A program made the translations under genes and the position numbers. A stretch of DNA of 59,449 nt, counting the filler. It is 3 parts of 3 records of this genome, joined end to end, with 100 filler letters (N's around TTAATTAATTAA, not from the genome) between each part and the next. Parts side by side here need not be neighbours in the genome. Positions count along the whole stretch, not along the records: positions 1 to 29,114 come from SRR20825006_2242; positions 29,215 to 53,828 come from SRR20825006_2255; 1 more part is not named here. One strand, 5' to 3'. This document shows, one piece after another, positions 21,110-31,907 of this stretch. The notes beneath the pieces were generated by a model. That model was not told where the DNA came from. It worked only from the letters and a program-made list of their open reading frames with translations, and made no database searches. Positions within the stretch are counted from its first letter, which is position 1. The number at the start of each line of letters is the position of its first letter.

Positions 21110-22573
21110 TTATGACGTCGAGTTCGGGCTGCGTGAGCTGCGATAAACAGAAACACCCAGTTCGCGAATTTTCTTGCGAAGTGTGTTGCGGTTGAGGCCC
21201 AGAAGATCAGCAGCCCGGATCTGATTGCCACGTGTCGCCGTCAGTGCTGCCAGGATAAGCGGATACTCGACTTCATTTAACACGCGCTCATACAAACCGG
21301 ATGGTGGCAGACTTTCACCGAAACTGGCAAAATAGCTGCGCATGTTTTCTTCCACTGCCTGAGCAATCGTTGGCGTGCCATTGCGCGCAGCCGCGGTCTC
21401 CGCCGGCACCTCAGGCTGATCTGCTCTCAATTCCTGCTCAACGATCTCGCGTGTGATGACATCCTGCGGATAAAGCGCCATCAACCGCCGGACAAGATTT
21501 TCCAGCTCCCGCACATTGCCCGGCCATGGATAGGATTTCATCGCGTCCAGAGCGCCCTGCTCAAAACGCTTGCCGCCAAGACCTTCTGTTTCACCTTCCT
21601 GCACGAAATGGCGCACGAGATCGCCAATGTCTTCAGCACGCTCACGCAGCGGTGGCAGGCGCAGCGGTACGACGTTCAAACGATAATAAAGGTCTTCGCG
21701 GAAAAGTCCTTGATGGATTGACTGCTTCAGATCCTTGTTTGTAGCAGCGACAATTCTGACGTCTGTGCGAATTGGGGTACGCCCACCGACCGTGGTATAT
21801 TCCCCTTGCTGGAGAACACGAAGAAGCCGGGTTTGCGCATCCATTGGCATGTCGCCAATCTCGTCGAGAAAAAGCGTACCGCCCTCTGCCTGTTCAAAAC
21901 GCCCTGTCGAACGTGTCTGAGCACCTGTAAAGGCTCCCTTTTCATGGCCGAAGAGTTCCGACTCAATCAAGTCACGTGGGATCGCAGCCATATTGATCGC
22001 CACAAAGGGACCATTCCTGCGTTTGCCGTAATCATGAAGCGCACGTGCGACAAGCTCCTTGCCGGTACCGGATTCGCCGGTGATCATCAGCGTCAGGTCT
22101 GTCTGCATGAGACGCGCCAGCACACGATAGATTTCCTGCATCGCAGCGGAGCGCCCGACAAGCGGCATACCGTCCTGCATATCGTCGCCCAGTGGCGCTG
22201 GCTTGCGCTTGGGTTCAGACAGCGCACGGCCGACAATGCCGATCAGCTCGGTCAGATCAAACGGCTTTGGAAGATAGTCATAGGCACCCTTCTCCGATGC
22301 TTTGACAGCGGTCATGAAGGTGTTCTGAGCGCTCATGACGATGACCGGCAGATCCGGGCGAGATTGCTTGATACGTGGAAGAAGGTCGAAGGCATTTTCA
22401 TCTGGCATGACCACATCGGTCAGCACCAGATCTCCATCGCCGGAAGATATCCAGCGCCAGAGCGTGGCAGCATTGGCGGTGATACGGACATCATAGCCAG
22501 CGCGGCTCAGTGCCTGGTTCAGCACTGTGCGGATGGCTGCATCATCGTCGGCGACAAGAATGGTGGCTGTCAT
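21110..22573 (-). CDS. ntrC: Nitrogen regulation protein NR(I)
   Basis: [39 protein letters not shown]. Confidence 0.98.
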   Translation of the reverse strand: MTATILVADDDAAIRTVLNQALSRAGYDVRITANAATLWRWISSGDGDLVLTDVVMPDENAFDLLPRIKQSRPDLPVIVMSAQNTFMTAVKASEKGAYDYLPKPFDLTELIGIVGRALSEPKRKPAPLGDDMQDGMPLVGRSAAMQEIYRVLARLMQTDLTLMITGESGTGKELVARALHDYGKRRNGPFVAINMAAIPRDLIESELFGHEKGAFTGAQTRSTGRFEQAEGGTLFLDEIGDMPMDAQTRLLRVLQQGEYTTVGGRTPIRTDVRIVAATNKDLKQSIHQGLFREDLYYRLNVVPLRLPPLRERAEDIGDLVRHFVQEGETEGLGGKRFEQGALDAMKSYPWPGNVRELENLVRRLMALYPQDVITREIVEQELRADQPEVPAETAAARNGTPTIAQAVEENMRSYFASFGESLPPSGLYERVLNEVEYPLILAALTATRGNQIRAADLLGLNRNTLRKKIRELGVSVYRSSRSPNSTS

Positions 22574-23727
22574 TGTTTTTTTCCTGACTGTTCATCCATC
22601 TGCGCGGAAGGTGCGGTCGCGACATCTTTCGAGACCGGCATAAGAATTCTGAAAGTCGTGCGGCCGTTTGCACTGTCGCATTCGACAATACCGCCGTGGC
22701 CTCCGATAATCTTGGCAACAAGCGCAAGGCCAAGCCCCGTTCCGTTGGTTTTGGTCGTGATAAAGGGGTCAAAAAGATGCGCCATCAGATCTTGCGGTAC
22801 ACCCGGTCCGTTGTCGTGCACGCAAAACTCCAGAGGCAGCGAAATTTTCTCCCGGCTACCGGAAATCGACATGCGCATTCCGGGCCGGTAGGCCGACGTC
22901 AGAATGATTTCTCCACCAGGCCGGTCAGCAACAGCTTCCGAGGCATTTTTGATTAGATTGAGGAAGACCTGTACCAGTTGATCGCGATTGGCAAAAATCA
23001 GTGGCAAGGACGGATCATATTCCTCTGAAATCTTTATGTTACGGGCAAAACCAGCTTTTGCGACGGCTTTTACATGGTCCAGCACCGAGTGAATATTGAG
23101 CGGCACACGGTCAATCGGTCTTTCGTCGGAAAAAACCTCCATGCGATCAACCAGTGAAACGATCCGGTCGGATTCGTCGCATATCAGCTGTGTCAGCGCC
23201 CTATCCTCATCGCTGGCATTCGCTTCAAGAAGCTGTGCAGCCCCTCTGATTCCCGACAACGGATTCTTGATCTCATGCGCCAGCATGGAGGCCAGACCGG
23301 TTACCGAGCGGGCGGCGGCACGGTGAACCAGTTGCCGGTCGATCTTGTCGGCCATGGAACGCACCTGAAAGACCAGAACAACCGAACCTTCGTCTCCAAC
23401 CGGCGCAACATAGATATCGACAAGTTTCTCCTGACCGAGTTTTGGTGAGGATAGGTCAACGCGATATTCATTCACGGGAGCGCGGCGCTTTCGCACCTGA
23501 TCAATCAGTGACAGAAGCGGGCTGTCATAGGGAATGAATTGCTGCAGCGTTCTGCGTGAAAGATGTGCGGCACTGTTGCCGAAGAAAACTTCGGCCTCCC
23601 AGTTTGCGTAAGAGATAAGTCCATCGCTATCGATCAAAACCACCGGGTTCTGGATTGCGTTCAAAACCTCGAGCGCTATCGATTCGGCAGGCAGACGCGC
23701 CTTGCCAATGCCCTTTGGCGTTTTCAT
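22570..23727 (-). CDS. ntrB: Nitrogen regulation sensor kinase NR(II)
   Basis: [35 protein letters not shown]. Confidence 0.97.
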   Translation of the reverse strand: MKTPKGIGKARLPAESIALEVLNAIQNPVVLIDSDGLISYANWEAEVFFGNSAAHLSRRTLQQFIPYDSPLLSLIDQVRKRRAPVNEYRVDLSSPKLGQEKLVDIYVAPVGDEGSVVLVFQVRSMADKIDRQLVHRAAARSVTGLASMLAHEIKNPLSGIRGAAQLLEANASDEDRALTQLICDESDRIVSLVDRMEVFSDERPIDRVPLNIHSVLDHVKAVAKAGFARNIKISEEYDPSLPLIFANRDQLVQVFLNLIKNASEAVADRPGGEIILTSAYRPGMRMSISGSREKISLPLEFCVHDNGPGVPQDLMAHLFDPFITTKTNGTGLGLALVAKIIGGHGGIVECDSANGRTTFRILMPVSKDVATAPSAQMDEQSGKKQ

Positions 23728-24737
23728 GCCGCTTCTTTCTCTGTTTGACCTGTTGCTCTGCGAAGGATCGCCGCGAAACGACGCAAAGCTGCATCCGGAT
23801 TGGTTTCTGTCATCAATGCCGTCTTATCGGCGCTCCCGACACACGGAGCAAGCTCTTCCAGATACCAGCCAAGATGCTTGCGTGCGTGGCGAACGCCAAC
23901 CTCCGAGCCGTAAAAAGAAAGCATCATCTGATAGTGCTCCAGCGCGATATCGGCCTTTGCCGAGGCCTTCGGTTCGTCGGCACCTGCCAAAACGCCAGCG
24001 TGCCAGGGCCGCCCCTGACAGGCCCTGCCGGTCATGACCGCATCAATTCCCGCACGGGCCAGCAGATCTTGGGTGCCTGCATGATCTTTAACATCGCCGT
24101 TAGCGATGAAGGGCACGGTTATTCTTTCGGCAACACGTGCTACAGCTTCCCAGTCTGCCCTGCCCTTGTAAAACTGCGCGCGTGTGCGACCGTGAACGGT
24201 AATGGCCTGAACGCCCGCCTCCTGGGCGGCAAGCGCCAGTTCAGTTGCATTCAAGGATTGATCATCCCAGCCAAGCCGCATCTTCACGCTCACAGGAACA
24301 TCGACCGCATTCACCGTCGCTTCGATAATGGCAAGCGCACGTTCCGGCTCACGCATCAAAGCTGATCCGGTATAACCGCCAACGACCTTTTTAGCCGGGC
24401 AACCCATATTGATATCGATGATATCAGCCCCGTTTTCGGCCGCAATCCGCGCCGCTTCAGCCATGATCTGTGGCTCACGTCCGGCAAGCTGTACCATATG
24501 CGGTTTCAGATCTGCCCCTTTCAGACGCGCCCAGCTTTCAGCTGCATTGAACGTCAGTTCACGGCTGGCGATCATTTCAGTCACGACAAGGCCCGCTCCA
24601 AAGCGCCACGCCAGTTGCCTGAACGGCAAATCCGTGACACCTGACATTGGAGCAAGAATGACGCGATTCCGGATTGAAATCCCGCCAATGAGAAAAGAAT
24701 CCGATGGATTGAGAAGAGGCAAATGACTATCTTTCAC
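23724..24737 (-). CDS. dusB: tRNA-dihydrouridine synthase DusB (NifR3)
   Basis: [33 protein letters not shown]. Confidence 0.96.
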   Translation of the reverse strand: MKDSHLPLLNPSDSFLIGGISIRNRVILAPMSGVTDLPFRQLAWRFGAGLVVTEMIASRELTFNAAESWARLKGADLKPHMVQLAGREPQIMAEAARIAAENGADIIDINMGCPAKKVVGGYTGSALMREPERALAIIEATVNAVDVPVSVKMRLGWDDQSLNATELALAAQEAGVQAITVHGRTRAQFYKGRADWEAVARVAERITVPFIANGDVKDHAGTQDLLARAGIDAVMTGRACQGRPWHAGVLAGADEPKASAKADIALEHYQMMLSFYGSEVGVRHARKHLGWYLEELAPCVGSADKTALMTETNPDAALRRFAAILRRATGQTEKEAA

Positions 24738-24751
24738 GCAGCCTGAAACTT

Positions 24752-24820
24752 TGCCGTATTTTTAGACAAGTCCGTACGCTTTGCCAAGCAATTTCGGGAA
24801 GAGGTCACAAAAATTAGGCA
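24752..24820. promoter_or_regulatory. Two candidate NtrC boxes in the dusB-ntrBC/ispDF intergenic region
   Basis: 17-bp TGCCGTATTTTTAGACA (24752-24768) and GTCACAAAAATTAGGCA (24804-24820) resemble TGC-N11-GCA with an AT-rich core. Confidence 0.5.
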
Positions 24821-24893
24821 AATGCTGGAATTTTGAAGGAAACTGCGTAACGTCCGCCCAACCCGGAATCAAAAGACGAGTCCCTAGTCGCCC

Positions 24894-26099
24894 ATGCATC
24901 AAAGCAAAAGCTTCAAACCCGCAATCGTGGTTGTCGCCGCTGGTCGGGGCGAACGCGCCGGTTCACCGGAAGAAGGACCGAAGCAATACCGTCTGATCGG
25001 CGGCAAACCCGTTATTGTGCATACGCTTTCAGTATTTGCGCGCTGGTGCGATGCCAATGTCGTGGTCGTCATTCACCCGGATGATGAAGCACTTTTCGCC
25101 GATGCGATTTCCCACCTTGGCGATACGAGTCGTATCCGCTGGGTCCATGGCGGTGCGACGCGGCAGCAATCGGTGCTTGCCGGGCTGTCGACACTCGCAG
25201 GTTCAGGTGCGACCCACGTACTGATCCATGATGCCGTCAGACCGTTTTTTAACACGGCACTCCTGGATAGAATTGCCGAAGCACTGAAAGCCGGTGACCA
25301 GGCTGTACTGCCAGCCATTGCCGTTGCCGACACACTGAAGAGAGCCGACTCACACCACTTCGTGGCGGACACGGTACCGCGCGCCGGACTTTATGCAGCG
25401 CAGACACCACAGGCCTTTGCAATCGAGCCGATATATGCCGCTCACCAGAAGGCTGCGACTGAAGGGCGGATGGATTTTACCGATGACGCCGGAATTGCAG
25501 AATGGGCCGGACTGCCGGTGCGACTTGTCGAGGGGCTGGCCGATAATGTCAAACTCACACTGAAACGGGATATAGCCATGGCGGACGAAAAGCTCTCGCA
25601 CAATATGATTGCGGATATCAGAACCGGCAATGGCTATGATGTACATCGGCTGGTGCCGGGTGACGGCGTCACGCTTTGCGGTGTTTTCATCCCGCATGAC
25701 ATGACGCTTTCAGGACACTCCGATGCGGATGTGGCCTTGCACGCCCTCACGGACGCGCTGCTGGCAACCTGCGGCGAAGGCGATATAGGCGACCATTTCC
25801 CGCCCTCCGACCCGCAGTGGCGTGGCGCAGCGTCGAACATATTTCTGGCACATGCAGCGGCAATTGTACGGAAAAAGGGCGGTGTCATTCTCAACGCCGA
25901 TGTCAGCCTGATTGCAGAAGCGCCGAAGGTTGGTCCGCACCGGACAGCAATGCGTGAGAGCCTTGCGCAATGCCTGGGGATCGACATTGTGCGATGCTCA
26001 GTCAAGGCAACGACCAACGAAACGATTGGATTCGTGGGTCGTGGAGAAGGCATTGCAGCGATTGCCACGGCAACAGTCAACTACGGGGTTGTTTCATGA
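24894..26099 (+). CDS. ispDF: Bifunctional IspD/IspF
   Basis: [50 protein letters not shown]. Confidence 0.97.
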   Translation: MHQSKSFKPAIVVVAAGRGERAGSPEEGPKQYRLIGGKPVIVHTLSVFARWCDANVVVVIHPDDEALFADAISHLGDTSRIRWVHGGATRQQSVLAGLSTLAGSGATHVLIHDAVRPFFNTALLDRIAEALKAGDQAVLPAIAVADTLKRADSHHFVADTVPRAGLYAAQTPQAFAIEPIYAAHQKAATEGRMDFTDDAGIAEWAGLPVRLVEGLADNVKLTLKRDIAMADEKLSHNMIADIRTGNGYDVHRLVPGDGVTLCGVFIPHDMTLSGHSDADVALHALTDALLATCGEGDIGDHFPPSDPQWRGAASNIFLAHAAAIVRKKGGVILNADVSLIAEAPKVGPHRTAMRESLAQCLGIDIVRCSVKATTNETIGFVGRGEGIAAIATATVNYGVVS

Positions 26100-26596
26100 G
26101 TATCCTTGATCCTGATCTGGAAGAACGGACGCGTACGCTGGTTGATTATTGTACGCGAACAGAACAATCGATTGTAACAGCAGAATCGTGCACCGGTGGG
26201 CTTATCGCTGCTGCACTGACGGAAATTGCAGGTGCATCTGCCGTGGTCGACCGTGGTTTTGTTACCTATTCCAACGAGGCCAAAATGGAGATGCTCGGAG
26301 TCCGGGCCGATACGCTTGAATTGTTCGGCGCTGTGTCACGGGAAACGGCACTTCAAATGGCATCCGGTGCATTGTGGCGTTCGAATGCACAGCTTGTCGT
26401 TGCGGTCACGGGCATAGCAGGGCCATCTGGCGGCAGTACTGAAAAACCAATTGGCCTCGTTCATCTCGCAGCCCGGAACCGGGCCGGGAAGATCCACCAC
26501 ATTGAAAGCCGTTATGGCGATATCGGTCGCGCTGCCATTCGAAGGGCAACAGTCAGAACAGCCTTAGGCATGCTGGAAGGTCTGGCTCAGGCGTAA
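26096..26596 (+). CDS. cinA: CinA C-terminal family (NMN deamidase PncC-like)
   Basis: [35 protein letters not shown]. Confidence 0.92.
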   Translation: MSILDPDLEERTRTLVDYCTRTEQSIVTAESCTGGLIAAALTEIAGASAVVDRGFVTYSNEAKMEMLGVRADTLELFGAVSRETALQMASGALWRSNAQLVVAVTGIAGPSGGSTEKPIGLVHLAARNRAGKIHHIESRYGDIGRAAIRRATVRTALGMLEGLAQA

Positions 26597-27033
26597 ATGC
26601 TGTCTGCCCGCGCCTCAAAGGCTTCGGCAAATTTTCGAAATGCACGGTCGAACATTGACCCCATCATCGCGCCGAGGATACGATTCTTGAACTCGTAATT
26701 GATGTAGAACACAACATCACAGGCGTCGTCCCCCGATGGCTCGAAACGCCAATGGTTTTCAAGAAACCGGAACGGACCATCAACATATTTCACGTCAATC
26801 GTGCGTTCTTCACGGTTCAGCAGAACCTGGGTGGTGAAGCTTTCACGAATGCCTTTATACCCGACCGTCATGTCGGCGATCAGCAGCGTTTTGCCATTCT
26901 GTTCGCGGCTGGAGCGGATTGACAAGGCTTCGCATAAGGGCAGAAATTCCGGGTACTGTCCGATGTCGGCAACGAGATCGAACATACGCTCGGCGGAATG
27001 TTTCACATGACGGGTTGTCTTAAACTCAGGCAT
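26587..27033 (-). CDS. COQ10/RatA START-domain protein
   Basis: MFDLVADIGQYPEFLPLC, GPFRFLENHWRF, AFEARA. Confidence 0.92.
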   Translation of the reverse strand: MPEFKTTRHVKHSAERMFDLVADIGQYPEFLPLCEALSIRSSREQNGKTLLIADMTVGYKGIRESFTTQVLLNREERTIDVKYVDGPFRFLENHWRFEPSGDDACDVVFYINYEFKNRILGAMMGSMFDRAFRKFAEAFEARADSIYA

Positions 27034-27042
27034 GATTGTCAG

Positions 27043-27606
27043 CTAATGGTCCCGGTCAAGAAGTGCAAGCAATTCGTTTATCTCACGATGCGATTTGAGA
27101 AAGCAAACCGGAATTTCGTTGCCCCTTTCCTCGATCATCTGTTCCATTTTCGGTCGTGTCCGCTTGTTGAAATTCCAAACATAGCGCAAAAAGTCGAGAT
27201 CAATGCGCTCAGGACATCCAGGAGCCATATCGGGCCGCACTCGCCCATAAGATGTCGGGATACGTTTCAAGGCTCCCCAGAGGCTGACGCGACGTGGCGG
27301 AGAAAGCCATAATATAAGCTCGGCGCGCGCCATGCGCGGTGGCATGGTTTCGGTGTTGTTTCCATCGAAAATCCACGCCTCTCCTGCCGCAAATCGCTCG
27401 ACGCGCTCCCGGATATCCGCTTTGCCACGCATCACCCAGCCTGGTAGCCAGAAGGCATCGCGATCCATCGAGAGATAAGGAAGATCGAGGCACTTCGAAA
27501 GTTTTTGGGCAAGCGTGGATTTTCCGCTGCCAGAGCAGCCGACGATCATCACCCGCTTTGCTGACTTCAAACGTGCCGCTGCATCGGTCATATCTATCAG
27601 GTTCAT
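27043..27606 (-). CDS. FlaR/topology-modulation-like P-loop kinase
   Basis: GCSGSGKST, FWLPGW, WIFDGN, RPDMAPGCPERID.FLRYVW; start uncertain. Confidence 0.82.
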   Translation of the reverse strand: MNLIDMTDAAARLKSAKRVMIVGCSGSGKSTLAQKLSKCLDLPYLSMDRDAFWLPGWVMRGKADIRERVERFAAGEAWIFDGNNTETMPPRMARAELILWLSPPRRVSLWGALKRIPTSYGRVRPDMAPGCPERIDLDFLRYVWNFNKRTRPKMEQMIEERGNEIPVCFLKSHREINELLALLDRDH

Positions 27607-27634
27607 GAAAAATCCCCGCCAGAACGACGGGGAT
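27607..27634 (-). terminator. Terminator-like hairpin after lipA
   Basis: Minus strand ATCCCCGTC-GTTCT-GGCGGGGAT followed by TTTT. Confidence 0.55.
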
Positions 27635-27664
27635 ATAAACGTGCAGCACGAAGTCAGGCAAGCC

Positions 27665-28639
27665 TTATTCGGCAGCGATCTGGGCCAGTTTCTTCGCGCG
27701 ATTTTCCTGCAGCTTGGCAAAATCATCACCTGCATGATGCGATGAGCGCGTGAGCGGGCTGGACGAAACCATCAGGAAACCTTTGGTATAGGCAACTGTT
27801 TCGTAGGACTTGAACTCGTCCGGCGTGACAAAGCTGACAACACGATGATGCTTCCGTGTTGGCTGCAGATATTGGCCAATGGTCAGAAAATCGACGTCTG
27901 CAGTCCTGAGATCGTCCATCAACTGCAACACTTCATTGCGCTCTTCACCAAGCCCGACCATGATACCCGATTTGGTGAACATATTCGGGTCCAGTTCCTT
28001 GACCCGCTGCAAAAGCCGGATCGAGTGGAAATAGCGCGCACCGGGGCGAACCGTCAGATAGTTTGACGGAACTGTCTCAAGATTGTGATTGAACACATCT
28101 GGGCGGGCGGCAACAACACGCTCCAGCGCTCCTGGTTTGCGCAGGAAATCCGGCGTCAGCACTTCAATCGTGGTCGAAGGCGAGGCCGCACGGATCGCAA
28201 AAATCACCTTCTCAAAGTGTTCAGCACCTCCATCAGCCAGATCATCGCGATCGACCGACGTAATAACAACATGCTGCAGCCCCATCTGGCTGACGGCCTT
28301 GCCGATGTTTTCAGGCTCATCAGGATCAAGCGCACCAGGTTTGCCGGTCGCAACGTTGCAAAATGCACAGGCACGAGTGCAGATCTCGCCCATTATCATG
28401 AACGATGCGTGTTTCTTGTCCCAGCACTCACCGACATTCGGACAGCCTGCCTCTTCGCAAACTGTCACAAGCTTGTTTTCTTTCACGATGCCACGCGTTT
28501 CCTGATACCCCTTCGAGGTCGGCGCTTTCACACGGATCCAGTCGGGTTTGCGCATGACCTCGGTATCGGGCCGGTGAGCCTTTTCCGGGTGCCGCACGCG
28601 CTTGGCAGGCTGATTGGTGGTATCGAGAAGCGTAACCAT
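27665..28639 (-). CDS. lipA: Lipoyl synthase
   Basis: [32 protein letters not shown]. Confidence 0.98.
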   Translation of the reverse strand: MVTLLDTTNQPAKRVRHPEKAHRPDTEVMRKPDWIRVKAPTSKGYQETRGIVKENKLVTVCEEAGCPNVGECWDKKHASFMIMGEICTRACAFCNVATGKPGALDPDEPENIGKAVSQMGLQHVVITSVDRDDLADGGAEHFEKVIFAIRAASPSTTIEVLTPDFLRKPGALERVVAARPDVFNHNLETVPSNYLTVRPGARYFHSIRLLQRVKELDPNMFTKSGIMVGLGEERNEVLQLMDDLRTADVDFLTIGQYLQPTRKHHRVVSFVTPDEFKSYETVAYTKGFLMVSSSPLTRSSHHAGDDFAKLQENRAKKLAQIAAE

Positions 28640-28698
28640 GCTTTCTTTCCTGAAAATGTGGCCGAACACCATGCCCGACCAGCGATCTCAATGAAGGA

Positions 28699-28956
28699 TT
28701 ATCGACGTATCAAGCGACCGACCCAGATCAGGATCACCGCACCGATAAAGCCAGCGATGAGATATCCGAGCCAACTGCTGGTCAAGTCATGAAAGCCGAA
28801 GAGGCCAAGAATAGCATTCGCGACAATGGCGCCGACAATACCGAGGATAATATTCATGAAGATACCCATGCTGGACTTCATGAACTTCTCGGCAAGCCAG
28901 CCAGCAATACCGCCGATAATGATAGCGGCGATCCAGCCTACACCCTGTTCTTCCAT
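28699..28956 (-). CDS. GlsB/YeaQ/YmgE transglycosylase-associated membrane protein
   Basis: IIIGGIAGWLA..NIILGIVGA..GFIGAVIL; GGGAGA SD. Confidence 0.9.
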   Translation of the reverse strand: MEEQGVGWIAAIIIGGIAGWLAEKFMKSSMGIFMNIILGIVGAIVANAILGLFGFHDLTSSWLGYLIAGFIGAVILIWVGRLIRR

Positions 28957-29023
28957 TCGAACGTCTCCCTTGTTCAAGCTGTCTTGTGCGGACCCTCTCA
29001 GTCCGCACGTCATATTAGAGCAA

Positions 29024-29113
29024 TCAGGCGTTCAGTGCACGTCCATAGGCATCAAGAACGCTTTCTTTCATCATCTCCGAAAGTGTCGGATGCGGGAAGA
29101 TCGTGTGCATCAG
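29024..29113 (-). CDS. lpdA: Dihydrolipoyl dehydrogenase, C-terminal fragment (not in ORF track)
   Basis: Manual translation LMHTIFPHPTLSEMMKESVLDAYGRALNA* with the HPTLSE catalytic motif. Confidence 0.93.
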   Translation of the reverse strand: MMHTIFPHPTLSEMMKESVLDAYGRALNA

Positions 29114-29114
29114 T

Positions 29115-29214
29115 NNNNNNNNNNNNNNNNNNNNNNNNNNNNNNNNNNNNNNNNNNNNTTAATTAATTAANNNNNNNNNNNNNNNNNNNNNNNNNNNNNN
29201 NNNNNNNNNNNNNN
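29115..29214. other. Artificial contig spacer
   Basis: 44 N + TTAATTAATTAA (stops in all six frames) + 44 N. Confidence 0.99.
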
Positions 29215-29975
29215 TTAATATAGCCATCGTAATCTAAAATCCCGGCATAACCTATTTGCGTCCCGTCATTAAGTGCACTAATATTAGTCTTACTCATTCC
29301 GGTGGTGCCGTCAAGAGTCGTTAAGGTAAGTGCTATATCACCTGACTCGGCAGCAGAATTGTTATGAATATGTCCCGGATGCATCCCACCATCAGGGGTG
29401 CCATCGAGCATAACTTCTAACAGCGCTTCGCCGTTTATACGTTCAGAAAATGTAGCCGTACCACTAATTCCTTCAACATCTTTAGTTACGAGATCATAAG
29501 ATTTTGTGGTTCCGGTAAGATCATTTTGACCAATATCTCCCTGGGCCAATAATGTACCCAGATCATCTGCACTTGCATGTACATTGATGTACCCATCAAA
29601 GTCGATCAGATCATCATACGAAACCGCAGTACCCGCATTAGTTTGTGTAACATTGGTAAGGCTTCTTCTGGTAGGGCCATCTACGGCTTCTAAATCGATT
29701 GCGATCTCACCTCCTTCTGCTGCTGTATTCAAATGAATGTGCGCAGGATGGGAACCTTCGGTAGGTGTTGAGAGCAGAATACTGATGTCTGTAGAGCCAT
29801 CTGTTTTCTCACTAAACGTTACTGTCCCGCTAACGTCTGGGTCAGCCACAGCACTTAGATCATAGGTTGTGGTGTTTCCGGTAGATTCTCCGGGAATCAC
29901 GTCAAGGCTATCGTCATCATTATCACAGGATGCTGCGATTAGCGCGACAAATAGCAAAAAATAAAACTTCTTCAT
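29215..29975 (-). CDS. CHRD-like repeat lipoprotein, 3'-truncated
   Basis: Lipobox AASC plus acidic DNDDD; two ~120-aa repeats with SG.(V/A)TF, HP(A/G)HIH.N.AAE.G, YINVH. Confidence 0.75.
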
Positions 29976-30111
29976 AAATGAATTTTTTGATTATTTATTA
30001 ATTATTTACCCTTAAAATTTATCAAAACACATTTTAAGGCTATAATAATTACGAATAGTTTAACTTTTGGGTTTTCCGAAATGTTAATTATTTTTGATGA
30101 AAATTGCTATC

Positions 30112-30792
30112 GTGAAAAAAATCGTTGTACTTACTGGTGCGGGAATCAGCGCCGAGAGCGGACTCAGAACTTTTAGAGATGCAAACGGACTTTGGGAAGG
30201 CCATGATGTTATGGAAGTGGCAAGTCCTGAAGGTTGGCATAAAAACAGAACTCTTGTACTTGACTTTTACAATCAGCGTAGAAGACAGTTAAAAGAAGTA
30301 CAGCCTAATGCTGCGCATGACGCTTTAGTAAAACTTGAACATGCGTTTAAAGTAGACATTATTACTCAAAATGTTGACGATTTACACGAACGCGCTGGAA
30401 GCTCGTCTGTGATTCATTTGCACGGCGAACTTCTAAAAGCCCGAAGTACTCAAGACGAACATCTAGTTCTCGATTGGCATGAAGATATCAAGGAAGGAGA
30501 TCTCTGCCCTAAAAACAGTCAGCTGCGACCGCATATTGTTTGGTTTGGTGAGATGGTGCCGCTTTTAGATACCGCTGCTGCGTTAACGGCTCAAGCCGAT
30601 TATATTCTTATTGTAGGAACTTCAATGCAGGTGTACCCTGCTGCATCTTTGATCAACTATGCTAAGCCTGATGCACAGATCTTTTTTATAGATCCCAAAC
30701 CCAATATTCAGTCACAATCCAATTTAAAGGTCTATGCCGAAAAGGCTTCCACCGGTGTTCCTACTGTGGTAACGCAGCTCCTAAATAATTAA
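30112..30792 (+). CDS. cobB: NAD-dependent deacylase (sirtuin)
   Basis: LTGAGISAESG..TFR, YNQRR, TQNVDDLHERAG, HLHG, RPHIVWFGE, GTSMQVYPAA; start could be slightly upstream. Confidence 0.95.
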   Translation: MKKIVVLTGAGISAESGLRTFRDANGLWEGHDVMEVASPEGWHKNRTLVLDFYNQRRRQLKEVQPNAAHDALVKLEHAFKVDIITQNVDDLHERAGSSSVIHLHGELLKARSTQDEHLVLDWHEDIKEGDLCPKNSQLRPHIVWFGEMVPLLDTAAALTAQADYILIVGTSMQVYPAASLINYAKPDAQIFFIDPKPNIQSQSNLKVYAEKASTGVPTVVTQLLNN

Positions 30793-31234
30793 GTCTGGCT
30801 GTCTTAGCCCAGTTGAGCAATACTTCGGTTTGAGCAGCATCTAGTTGGGCTTCGGTGTGAATTAAAGTATAAGATTCTAGCGGCATCGTTTTATGCGCTA
30901 GTGCTTCTAAAATTTGATTCAATTTGCGGTTCTTCCGCTTTGCGGAATACTGCTCCCATTCTGAAAAATTGAGCTGTTGTTTAGCATTTTTTATATGTTC
31001 ATCAAGATAAAAACTTGCAGGCGCCACGTGACCGTACCAAGGATAGGCCGTTTGATCGCTACGGCAGTCGTAACACGCACGTTTTAAAAGTACCGCTACT
31101 TCAGCGGTTGGTTTTGTCTCTTTTAAAAAAGGTTCTAGCGATTCGTATCCTCCTTCATTTTTGTCGATTGGAATAAACTGAATCACTACAAGAGTAATCA
31201 ATGCGAAAACTAACAGACGTCTAATCCAAATCAT
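30761..31234 (-). CDS. Haem-binding domain (cytochrome c-like) protein with a CxxCR variant motif
   Basis: N-terminal TM ending IQFIP, ACYDCRS..T.YPWY, LNFSEW, MPL.SY...H. Confidence 0.82.
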   Translation of the reverse strand: MIWIRRLLVFALITLVVIQFIPIDKNEGGYESLEPFLKETKPTAEVAVLLKRACYDCRSDQTAYPWYGHVAPASFYLDEHIKNAKQQLNFSEWEQYSAKRKNRKLNQILEALAHKTMPLESYTLIHTEAQLDAAQTEVLLNWAKTARLNYLGAALPQ

Positions 31235-31273
31235 AATGTTATTTTTAAACTACTCTAATCAGGCTATAAAGTT

Positions 31274-31819
31274 ATGACCGAAAAACAATGGAAAGATGAA
31301 GTTGCATTGATTTCTGCTCGACTGAAAGAGCGTGAAGCTTTAGGAAACAAAATACTCAACAATCCCAGCTACATAGAGTTTTCGCTAAAACTGATACAAA
31401 AACAAGATCCGCTTTTGGCCACCAACGCCGCATACGGTTTGGACATCGCCCTCAGAAAAAATATTACTTTGCTTAAGCCTTATTTAAAAGAATTTCTTGA
31501 GGTCCTCGACCGCAATACCATCGCAACGGTCTCGAGAATCTTGGCTAAAAGCTGCGAACTTTTAACCACTGCTCACACAAATAACAATTCTATGGCATTG
31601 AACAAAAAGGAGCAACAGCAACTGATTACCCGATGCTTTGATTGGCTAATAAACGACGAAAAAGTCGCTGTCAAGGTTTTTGCTATGCAAAGCGTTTATA
31701 ATTTGGTGGACACCGAACCTTGGATAAAACCGGAGCTCAAAGCCCAATTAACGCTTCAATTTGAAAACAGTACCGCTGCTTTTAAGTCGAGAGCTTCAAA
31801 AATCCTGGCGCTACTCTAG
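31274..31819 (+). CDS. Conserved helical hypothetical protein upstream of purB
   Basis: 181-aa ORF; CFDWLI..KVAVKVFAM..PWIKPEL..AAFKSRA. Confidence 0.75.
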   Translation: MTEKQWKDEVALISARLKEREALGNKILNNPSYIEFSLKLIQKQDPLLATNAAYGLDIALRKNITLLKPYLKEFLEVLDRNTIATVSRILAKSCELLTTAHTNNNSMALNKKEQQQLITRCFDWLINDEKVAVKVFAMQSVYNLVDTEPWIKPELKAQLTLQFENSTAAFKSRASKILALL

Positions 31820-31854
31820 CTGCTGTGTTCTGGCTACATTCTTGTAGTTTCTCG

Positions 31855-31885
31855 TTTGTTGCTAGCAATGAGCTGTGTATATTTG
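31855..31885 (+). promoter_or_regulatory. Bacteroidetes housekeeping promoter for purB
   Basis: TTTG (-33) + 19 nt + TATATTTG (-7, TAnnTTTG). Confidence 0.7.
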
Positions 31886-31907
31886 CGCTTTTAACCAAAA
31901 AGCAATT

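Noticed and set aside
21806-22891. 361-aa ORF antisense to ntrC/ntrB, and similar antisense ORFs over cysG, mazG, dusB and lipA
   Set aside because: Codon-bias shadow ORFs fully overlapping well-supported genes
26587-27033. RatA as a toxin-antitoxin toxin
   Set aside because: No RatB/RnfH partner adjacent; better explained as a COQ10-like lipid/quinone-binding protein in a core locus
29159-29170. TTAATTAATTAA palindrome as a biological site, and ORFs running through the Ns
   Set aside because: Synthetic linker repeated identically at 53873-53884
29100-29230. GC shift as a horizontally acquired island boundary
   Set aside because: Coincides with an artificial spacer; no integrase, tRNA or att site
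30112-30792. Sirtuin as an anti-phage (Thoeris/DSR) effector
   Set aside because: Stand-alone CobB-type deacylase in a housekeeping context, with no defence partners
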